The notes under the pieces were generated by a model. That model had not been told where the DNA came from. It did not search any database and was given only the letters and a program-made list of their open reading frames with translations. This document shows positions 39,101 to 44,442 of a DNA stretch of 64,000 nucleotides, piece by piece. A program made the position numbers and the translations under genes. The stretch is taken from contig CAJTLB010000009.1 in assembly GCA_910577045.1 (NCBI GenBank), positions 19,561 through 83,560 on the forward strand. Direction: 5' to 3'. How positions within the stretch are numbered: the stretch's first letter is position 1; each line of letters opens with the position of its first letter. This DNA comes from an uncultured Lachnospiraceae bacterium. Its GTDB lineage: Bacteria > Bacillota > Clostridia > Lachnospirales > Lachnospiraceae.

Positions 39101-39456
39101 ATGGCTTGTACTATCTGCATAGAATCAGCTTTCTTTTCTTCTTGAATTTCTTCTACACCTGTTATTTCAGCTTCTTTTGGCATATCTTCTTCAATATTTT
39201 TTATACAATTTTCCCAAGCCAACATGACTGCAGCCATATGCTTACAATTATTACCTACTTTAGCATATGGGCAACTACAATCCATAGACAAAATAGAATC
39301 TCTACTTACTTGTATATCTACATTAAAATCTTCTATCCCAATAACCTTTGCTGTAACCCTATCTTCCTTTATTAAGAGCTCCTGAACCGAATCACTCTGG
39401 ATATAGCCTTGTGCCCCATTTAATACATCTTCTTTAAAAAGTTCCCTCCATTCCAC
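33190..39456 (-). CDS. 2088-aa multidomain protein: SWIM zinc finger, transglutaminase-like Cys-protease fold, DUF4011, Upf1/DNA2-like SF1 helicase (AAA_11/AAA_12), Vsr-like PD-(D/E)xK endonuclease, DUF3320
   Basis: GTG start 7 nt after SD AAGGGGG.
- SWIM CxC...CxH: C60, C62, C71, H73 (nt ~39217-39294).
- TGase-like LGTC364MDMTLLYVACIEAMGL...GH390IFAGVW (nt ~38152-38439).
- DUF4011-like LLDLSLRNMLINM (from aa ~525).
- Walker A GPPGTGK829S (nt ~36970-36993) and Walker B VVFDEASQ (nt ~35131), separated by about 600 aa of mostly helical insert.
- Helicase motifs VGDPNQMPP, HYRSRHESLIAF, VQGDERDVILFS, LNVAVSRAR.
- Nuclease-like GYKYQKAVGHSKFKVDIAV...LGIMLDGESYY...HRIW (nt ~34000-34240).
- DUF3320-like C-terminus (nt ~33230-33670). 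Confidence 0.85.
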   Translation of the reverse strand: MEWRELFKEDVLNGAQGYIQSDSVQELLIKEDRVTAKVIGIEDFNVDIQVSRDSILSMDCSCPYAKVGNNCKHMAAVMLAWENCIKNIEEDMPKEAEITGVEEIQEEKKADSMQIVQAIEIDNQEKELLAERNSTEKTKQSTIDATKNGLELTCDIDDVLTYAIIHNGVHIVRDICVKNISEEDFQYLTVRICSSNQLVENFDIGIDKIKPGEEVHLKNLDVSINAEYLASLTERSSCQISIIICFEENQLIKKTINIIVLAYDQWPGLQYTPELLTAFSMPNHPVVISMIQLAAKYLEKWTGDPSLAGYQFKDPNRVKDMATAAYAAIQQKNITYAEPPSSFEAFGQRIRLADAILDQHLGTCMDMTLLYVACIEAMGLNPVMVMMKGHIFAGVWLVEESFIDMIMEDPSQLEKRMSKGIHEMIVVECTAMCAGKSRSFDEAVAIAKANVSHYGDFIFVIDVKRARSMGIKPLPVRVKTASGFEVQHEDRKEKEVTNVSQNKVEIFDLPNSTQKDKVTKLTQWERKLLDLSLRNMLINMRMTKMVVPLLASDVSVLEDALSDGEEFQVMPRPTDMSIAGDGGVPVEALGQLGPFADFIALESKHKRLHSLYAEKELNNCLTKMYRSAKSSMEENGASTLYLALGLLRWFEEKKSTTIRYAPIVLVPIDIVRKSANKGYAMRMRDEDAQINITLLEFLKQNYDIQIYGLNPPPTDEHGLNIPKIFAIIRHAIMNLPMWDVVEAGFIGNFSFSQFMMWNDIHNNNTFLENSKIVHSLMIGALDWDCVIPESVNTDEAYLPVTVDSSQLRAINMAAAGVSFVLHGPPGTGKSQTITAMIANALTKGKTVLFVAEKMAALEVVQKRLAALGIQDFCLELHSNKATKKAVLDQLKRGLEIGVWGMKTDYDKKIQDIQKMRAELDAYVKALHVKRPFGKSLRQLMDIYEMIPELNKNVRFDHAYAASLTESDLDHQVHSLERLIAAGKGIGHPYNHPLRAVHKTEYSQRVKFDLDTIIRAYMDSLEKFQNSVLDFVGLMGVQKPVTEEEWKNICNYAYSVIIAEEIPVFLLNSKNIEQEFAAPETYLSKKQAFDVKKTEFLSNWNENFLRMDMNSYKDKYDLANKKFFGKGKALATLTSELQAFALFQVEPNRILAYLTDISFYQQEAQEIAEAEASLSYEWKEILKCYPVMEALRTYKDKVKRQIQIIAQFSDQIHNLETLGSLKLCIQKAKDVITGLDDVKKVEAEVARLLDLAFEHVDGDWIDNRLTLCSCILENTSSIKDWIVYQQFVAECRQKGLEQICDAYEAGLPHDEVMTVYLRSIYQTIILSVIENEPVLNAFTGIGFNEKIAQFKKLDQEFMNLTKDEMFYKLTHQLPTSYDSVEVSKELNILRRAISNGRGLSIRTLFEQIPHILMRLCPCMLMSPISAAQYLKAENNLFDIVVFDEASQLPTCKAVGVLARGKNAVIVGDPNQMPPTSFFAGNTVDEDNLDIEDLDSILDDCLALGMPSAYLHWHYRSRHESLIAFSNQEFYENSMLTFPSVNDREKKVRLVKVEGFFDRGRGRINEGEAKAIVAEIKRRYQDPELTNQTIGVVTFNISQQTLIEDMLQEEYQKDIVFDKWANAGEEPMFVKNLENVQGDERDVILFSIAFGPDEEGKLLLNFGPLNKNGGWKRLNVAVSRARNEMIVFTTMIADMIDLKRTKAKGVESLRNFLEFAQKGKLQGEYVETRVQRDQGIMEHICQAISDGGYKYQKAVGHSKFKVDIAVINPYNEEEYLLGIMLDGESYYQSLNTKDREVAQISVLNGLGWELHRIWTMDWWDNRDKEIFKLMQLLNERKEAAYQIYIERHLDNPELEYKPEFKMGTEEYFVIDSTIVKAVDQKVASGDKEALEAVTQIDSVYLDYHIENYVPADIEVTNISTTDYVKKENLAVIANKMQQIIDVEAPIMYDRLIKKTLRAFNITRSSSQTLEATDKALKKVSAKVNKQAGVKFYWRKDQEPEIYKIYRNDINSEEKRIMDEICYQELKNAVCITLKEQGAMDKDSLLKATIRTMGYARSSALLLAAVERGVKYGRKTGEIMQNEAKQFMLTN

Positions 39457-39623
39457 TTTAGAGCCCCCTTACTGTATTTATAATTTTACCAGCATATAAT
39501 ACTGCCTATTGTTTCTTATCTTTCTTCTTATCATCTAAATATCCATCTATTACATTCCTGCAATAAGCTAAGCTTAATAGATATTGGCTCATTAATTGTC
39601 TTTCTGCCTACTAATACGTTTTC

Positions 39624-39839
39624 TTAAACTTGACTTAACAATTTATACAATTTTTGTACTTCTTCCTTTGTCAAAGTAATTCCTTTACCCATCTTTTCAT
39701 GCCCTGGTGCCCAGTCACGAATATCATACTTCGGCTCCCCGCCATTCCAAGATACCAAATTCAATTCCTTCCTCCAGCCTTTTAGGCTCTCGGAAATAAC
39801 GCCAAGTTCTTCTTTAATTTCATATTTAATGTCTGCCAT
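39624..39839 (-). CDS. YdbC-like / PC4-fold ssDNA-binding protein (71 aa)
   Basis: MADIKYEIKEELGVISESLKGWRKELNLVSWNGGEPKYDIRDWAPGHEKMGKGITLTKEE closely resembles my memory of Lactococcus YdbC (KGWRKELNRVSWN..EPKYDIR.W.P.HEKMGKGITL), which has a PC4-like fold. Confidence 0.85.
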   Translation of the reverse strand: MADIKYEIKEELGVISESLKGWRKELNLVSWNGGEPKYDIRDWAPGHEKMGKGITLTKEEVQKLYKLLSQV

Positions 39840-40519
39840 AATTACCTCTCCTTGTATGATTTAGGTATTTTAATTATCAACTCTTTTTTTATTATATACT
39901 AAAATAATATAATACTATAACAAATATCCATATCTTTTTATTTCTATATTTTTATAAAGCAAGTATATCACAAGCTATTACTTTTGGCTACCTTAACCCA
40001 CTCTATGAAAATGGCTCTAGTAAGTAGCTGTAAAATACTTTCGCTTGTACGAAATTCGTCTGGCGTTTTTCGGCTGCCAGATAGCCAGATAATCCATAAC
40101 AGATACTTTTTCGAATTTCAGAAAAGCATAGAAGGAACTTGCTATCATCTGATTTTAAATGTTCGCACTTGGCAGCAGGAGACATTACAAGCCCCATACA
40201 GGCATTTTTATACTGCTGCCTTATCATTTTCAATACAATGATTTAACTTTCTGTATGGGTCAAATTCGGGCAACTGTATCCATATTTTTGAGCTGCTTTT
40301 TATAATTTCCCGTAGTTCGCCCGTGGTTCGTTTCTTTTTTCTCTTGCTTCACTCTCGCTTCACTTCTTAAATTTAGCTTTTACATTGATATTAGAAGATG
40401 GTTTTAAGAAAACAGAAAGCAAATATCTTAATAGCGAAAAAACTCTAGTTTTCCCTAGTTTTTTACAGAAGGCAGCAACCGATCCACTCAACCATAATAT
40501 ATAAACGTATGTTCTATAC

Positions 40520-40657
40520 TTGAATCTTGCTGCTAGATATGTTATAGTAAAGACAGAAAAAGGGAAAGCCATAGAAGCGGCTACCCCCAAATAATTACAA
40601 TGTAACCGCTAAAAGCAACAAGCCGTCACTATTGGTAGTAGTGGCGGCTATTTTCTT
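40520..40657 (+). ncRNA. Candidate antisense sRNA (type I antitoxin), with its promoter, convergent with the holin-like toxin ORF
   Basis: Promoter TTGAAT (40520-40525) - 17 nt with TGn - TATAGT (40543-40548). Terminator stem AGCCGTCACTA / TAGTGGCGGCT (40621-40649) followed by ATTTTCTT. The predicted transcript of about 100 nt is fully complementary to the 3' UTR and stop region of the toxin mRNA. Confidence 0.35.
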
Positions 40658-40740
40658 CCCTTAAAAATCTCATAACAAAGACCTACAAGGGCAACAATGA
40701 ATATTCCTATCTGGATTAGTTCCTGATATGTAACATACAT
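40648..40740 (-). CDS. Putative holin-like toxin family peptide (type I toxin), 30 aa
   Basis: MYVTYQELIQIGIFIVALVGLCYEIFKGRK is a single TM helix with a basic tail. It has its own SD (AAAGGAGGG, 8 nt before the ATG). It resembles Hol-Tox peptides of Firmicute mobile elements. Confidence 0.6.
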   Translation of the reverse strand: MYVTYQELIQIGIFIVALVGLCYEIFKGRK

Positions 40741-40986
40741 AGATTTCGCCCTCCTTTCTTTCGTCTGAAGGGCATTGATAACACCCTCCGAAAAAAAGAG
40801 GGGTAACCGCCTATTTTTGTCTAGATCATTCTCTTTGATACCTTCCCCTTCTTTTGGTCTATGTCCATTTCTATATTCGTATAAAGGGCAATTTTTCACA
40901 GGACACAATCGAACTTCCTTCCATTGTCCATTACTACATTCTAAGCATTCCGCCCTAATTGCTTTTATTGGCGTTAATTTTGCCAT
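40648..40986 (-). CDS. 112-aa ORF whose N-terminal ~45 aa form a small Cys-rich Zn-ribbon protein typical of ICE/phage DNA; it reads through in frame into the toxin peptide
   Basis: MAKLTPIKAIRAECLECSNGQWKEVRLCPVKNCPLYEYRNGHRP (CxxC...CxxxxC). No stop separates it from the toxin frame. The middle segment has no recognisable features, so the true C-terminus is unclear. Confidence 0.5.
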   Translation of the reverse strand: MAKLTPIKAIRAECLECSNGQWKEVRLCPVKNCPLYEYRNGHRPKEGEGIKENDLDKNRRLPLFFSEGVINALQTKERRAKSMYVTYQELIQIGIFIVALVGLCYEIFKGRK

Positions 40987-41294
40987 ACCTCTGCTTCATG
41001 GTTCCAAGACAATATAACACTTGAATTTTCTTCTTTTAAGACTTTTAAATTTATTTATAAACTAATAAAATTATTTTCTTATATTATATTTTCAGATATA
41101 ATATCAATATAATGCACACTCTATCATATATTAATTACTCTTCTATTCTCTAAAGATTTTTCTTACTTTTTTGTAAATGTGCTATAATAGAAATATCAAC
41201 ATAAAAATTGAGTTCTTATAAAATAATGAAACATTATAAATTTTAAATATAAGATATATAACCACATACAATAATGAAGAAAGGAAGTGAATCC

Positions 41295-41852
41295 ATGTTA
41301 GCATTACAGCCAGAAACTATTAACCTAACACAGTATGAAGCTCTTCCAGAAGATATAAGGATAGAAGTCTTTGATGGAGTAATTTATAATATGGCCAGCC
41401 CATCACAAATTCACCAATCAATACTTTTAGAGCTTAGTACATTGCTCAATACTTATATCAAAAGAAAAAGAGGAGATTGTAAGGTTTTTCTCGCTCCATT
41501 TGATGTATTACTTTCTGACAATCCCCTTACAATCGTGCAACCTGATATTATGATTGTCTGTGATAAAAACAAGTTAGATGAAAAACGTTGCAATGGTGCC
41601 CCTGACTTTATTATTGAAATTGTTTCTCCCAGCAATCCATCAGATGACTATATCCGCAAACTCTACTACTACAAAAATACTGGCATTCGTGAATATTGGA
41701 TTATAGATCTACGCCGCAAAACAGTAACTATCAACTATTTTGAGAAAAATTTGCTGAACATCCAATATTCCTTTGAATCCACAATCAAAGTTAATATTTA
41801 TGACGATTTATATATTAATTTTTCTGATATTGCTAATTTATTGAATATTTAA
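41295..41852 (+). CDS. Uma2-family (DUF820) PD-(D/E)xK endonuclease
   Basis: YEALPEDIRIEVFDGVIYNMASPSQIHQ...QPDIMIVC...GAPDFIIEIVSPSN...KLYYYKNTGIREYWIID is the canonical Uma2 pattern. The start is trimmed to the ATG after SD GAAAGGAAG. Confidence 0.85.
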   Translation: MLALQPETINLTQYEALPEDIRIEVFDGVIYNMASPSQIHQSILLELSTLLNTYIKRKRGDCKVFLAPFDVLLSDNPLTIVQPDIMIVCDKNKLDEKRCNGAPDFIIEIVSPSNPSDDYIRKLYYYKNTGIREYWIIDLRRKTVTINYFEKNLLNIQYSFESTIKVNIYDDLYINFSDIANLLNI

Positions 41853-41859
41853 AAAACAG

Positions 41860-41888
41860 TTGCCCACCTGTAAAATTTAGGTGGGCAA
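41860..41888. terminator. Bidirectional terminator between the Uma2 gene and rlmD
   Basis: 10-bp stem TTGCCCACCT / AGGTGGGCAA with a 9-nt loop, between convergent stops. Confidence 0.6.
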
Positions 41889-41937
41889 ATTGGGAGCATC
41901 TCTCACTTTTTCTCTTTTTCAAACATTAAATATTCCA

Positions 41938-43293
41938 TTATTTCCTAATTATTTGGCACACCACCTCCACCGCCACCGTCTGAGGAAACATGTCCACTGG
42001 CTGTACTATTTCTGTTTTATACCCCATCTCTTCCAATATGCCCAAATCCCTTGCCAATGTTGCAGAATCGCAAGAGACATATACAATCCGTTCTGGCTGC
42101 ATCTTTACCATTGTATGAAGAAGTATTTCATCGCATCCTTTCCTTGGCGGGTCTACTACAATGACATCCACATGTTCTTTTGTAGTTTCATACCATGCTG
42201 GGACTACTTCTTCTGCTTTGCCTACAAAGAATTCCACATTTTCTATTCCATTCCTCTTTGCATTTTGTTTTGCATTTTCTATTGCTTCTGCTACAATTTC
42301 CACTCCATACACTTTTTTTGCTTTTTTCGCTAAAAAAAGAGAGATTGTGCCAATGCCGCAGTACATATCCCATACCACTTCTTTTCCAGAAAGCCCAGCA
42401 AATTCTAATGCCTTCTGGTATAATTTTTCTGTCTGTATTGGATTTACCTGGTAAAAAGACAAAGGCGAAATTTCAAATACTATTTCGCCAATCCTATCCT
42501 TAATTGCCCACTCTCCCCAAAGTTTCTTAATTTCCTTCCCCAGAATTACATTTGTCTTTTCTTTATTAATACTATACATAATACTTTTCATTCCCGGAAT
42601 AACAGCAAGCCTTTCTGCCAATACCTCACCATATGGAAGCTTTACACCATTAATTATTATACATACCATAATTTCCCCTGTATGGTATCCCTTTCTTATT
42701 AACACATGACGGATTAAACCAGTATATGTTTTTTCGTTATATGGCTCTAAGCTATATTCCATCATAAAATTTTTTATTATTGTAAGGATCTCTTGATTTT
42801 CTTCTACCCCTATTAAACACTCCTTACATGCTATAATAGAATGTGTCCTTCCTGCATAAAACCCAGTAATTAAATTTCCTTCTTTATCTTTTCCTACTGG
42901 GAATTGGGCCTTATTGCGGTAATGCCAAGGATCTTCCATAGCAATTATAGGCCTATATTCACAATCTTTCACTTTCCCAATACGTCCTAAATTATTCTTT
43001 ACCTTATTTTCTTTAAAAATAAGCTGCTCTTTATAAGAATAAGCCTGGAGCTGGCATCCGCCACACTGGCTTGCTATTTGGCAGCGTGGCTGTACCCTTT
43101 TTTCTGAGGGTATAACTAGCTCTACCAACTTCCCATAGCCATAATTCTTCTTTGCTTTTATTATTTTTACCTTGGCAATATCCCCAATTACAGTATCTTT
43201 AATAAAGAGGGTATAGCCGTCAACCTTCCCTATACCCTCTCCATCTTGATTTATATCTGTAATTGCCACTGTTACTATATCATTTTTATTCAT
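41938..43293 (-). CDS. rlmD: 23S rRNA (uracil-5-)-methyltransferase RlmD/RumA family
   Basis: 451 aa with an N-terminal TRAM domain, an Fe-S Cys cluster (C...CGGCQLQ), the SAM motif DMYCGIGTISL, DPPRKG and the catalytic YVSCD. Confidence 0.9.
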   Translation of the reverse strand: MNKNDIVTVAITDINQDGEGIGKVDGYTLFIKDTVIGDIAKVKIIKAKKNYGYGKLVELVIPSEKRVQPRCQIASQCGGCQLQAYSYKEQLIFKENKVKNNLGRIGKVKDCEYRPIIAMEDPWHYRNKAQFPVGKDKEGNLITGFYAGRTHSIIACKECLIGVEENQEILTIIKNFMMEYSLEPYNEKTYTGLIRHVLIRKGYHTGEIMVCIIINGVKLPYGEVLAERLAVIPGMKSIMYSINKEKTNVILGKEIKKLWGEWAIKDRIGEIVFEISPLSFYQVNPIQTEKLYQKALEFAGLSGKEVVWDMYCGIGTISLFLAKKAKKVYGVEIVAEAIENAKQNAKRNGIENVEFFVGKAEEVVPAWYETTKEHVDVIVVDPPRKGCDEILLHTMVKMQPERIVYVSCDSATLARDLGILEEMGYKTEIVQPVDMFPQTVAVEVVCQIIRK

Positions 43294-43306
43294 ATTTTTT
43301 CACCTA

Positions 43307-43464
43307 TTTCAATCCACTCGCGGCAGTTAGGACAATTATATGGACTGCCTTACGGCAGCAAAAGATACCGCTTTTGCTCTGCCCGCTGCTACTGTTATGG
43401 TTGTTTTTGGCAATTCCTTCCCCTCCCTAAGAGGAAAAGGAATCCTCACTGTTAATTATTACAG
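43307..43464 (-). repeat. Copy 3 (divergent) of the dispersed structured element; fills the yhaM-rlmD spacer
   Basis: The reverse complement aligns end to end with copies 1 and 2 at about 70% identity, with a 7-nt deletion. It ends ...GTCCTAACTGCCGCGAGTGGATTGAAAT, about 13 nt before the rlmD ATG, and starts 3 nt after the yhaM stop. Confidence 0.65.
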
Positions 43465-43467
43465 TTG

Positions 43468-44421
43468 TTATTTTAAATAATCAGATGTTTTGCGCAAATT
43501 GGAATCTGCAAAGCGGTTAAACCCAAGCCAGCCTTCATTTCCATCTGCGTTTTCTAGGATTTCTTTCATCATTTCCAATTTATCATCTGCCACATCTGCA
43601 AAATTTAATGCCATTGCTTCTACCAATGCCGGCTTTTTTGGGGAACCAAATTCCAACTCACCATGATGTGCTAAAATACAATGTTTTAATTCACTTGCCA
43701 TTTTAGGCGGAAAGCCTTCTATCTTTCTAATTCGCTCCCCAACCAATTCACATCCTATGGCAATATGGCCTAAAAGCTGCCCATCATCTGTATAGTCATT
43801 TTCTGGGAATGGGGATATTTCCCAGATTTTCCCTATATCATGGAACATAGCGGCAGGTATTAATAAATCATACTGTAAAATCTTATAATGTTCTGTAAAA
43901 AAATTACAGATTCTAGTAACCCCTAGGGTATGTTCTAATAATCCCCCAATAAACCCATGATGTACTGTTTTTGCTGCGGAATGTTTTTTAAACTTGCTAA
44001 TAAATTCCTTATCCTCTACAAAAAAACTATCCACTAATTTTTTCATATAAGGGTTTTTAATTTTTGATACATATTTCATTAACTCTTGGTACATTTCTTC
44101 AATATCCCTGCTGCTTACTGGAAGATAATCCGCTGGATTACATTCTTCCTGGGAAACTCTTCGAATACGCTTAATATTTAACTGTTTTGCACCATTAAAT
44201 ATAGTTACTTCACCTACCACACTTACATAATCCATTGCATCAAATTCATCAATGCCCATCGAATTTGGCTCCCAAACTTTTGCATCTAAAGTACCTGTTT
44301 TATCCTGCAAAATTACATTGTCATAGGCTTTCCCATTTTTTGTCACTGCTGACTGTTTATATTTGCATAAATAAATATCTTGTACCCGTTCCCCTTCACT
44401 CATATCCTTAATATATCTCAT
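43468..44421 (-). CDS. yhaM: 3'-5' exoribonuclease YhaM (OB-fold + HD domain)
   Basis: 317 aa with an N-terminal OB fold (VILQDKTGTLDAKVWE) and HD motifs (LLEHTLGV, MFHDIGK, ILAHHG). Confidence 0.85.
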   Translation of the reverse strand: MRYIKDMSEGERVQDIYLCKYKQSAVTKNGKAYDNVILQDKTGTLDAKVWEPNSMGIDEFDAMDYVSVVGEVTIFNGAKQLNIKRIRRVSQEECNPADYLPVSSRDIEEMYQELMKYVSKIKNPYMKKLVDSFFVEDKEFISKFKKHSAAKTVHHGFIGGLLEHTLGVTRICNFFTEHYKILQYDLLIPAAMFHDIGKIWEISPFPENDYTDDGQLLGHIAIGCELVGERIRKIEGFPPKMASELKHCILAHHGELEFGSPKKPALVEAMALNFADVADDKLEMMKEILENADGNEGWLGFNRFADSNLRKTSDYLK

Positions 44422-44442
44422 ATTTCTTCCTTCCTGCCCTTA

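Noticed and set aside
23527-39999. The TGGCTACCTTAA(G/C)CCAC direct repeats at ~23527 and ~39983 as att sites bounding a 16.4-kb island
   Set aside because: The interval contains core genes (murE, dapF, cysK, nifS, nifU) in normal operon contexts. The motif more likely marks the edges of two separate decayed elements, or it is a coincidence.
39984-40590. ORFs 39984-40241 (+), 40003-40233 (-) and 40360-40590 (-) as genes
   Set aside because: They overlap each other and have no SD, no motifs and atypical composition. The region looks like decayed mobile DNA. I describe it as a remnant instead.
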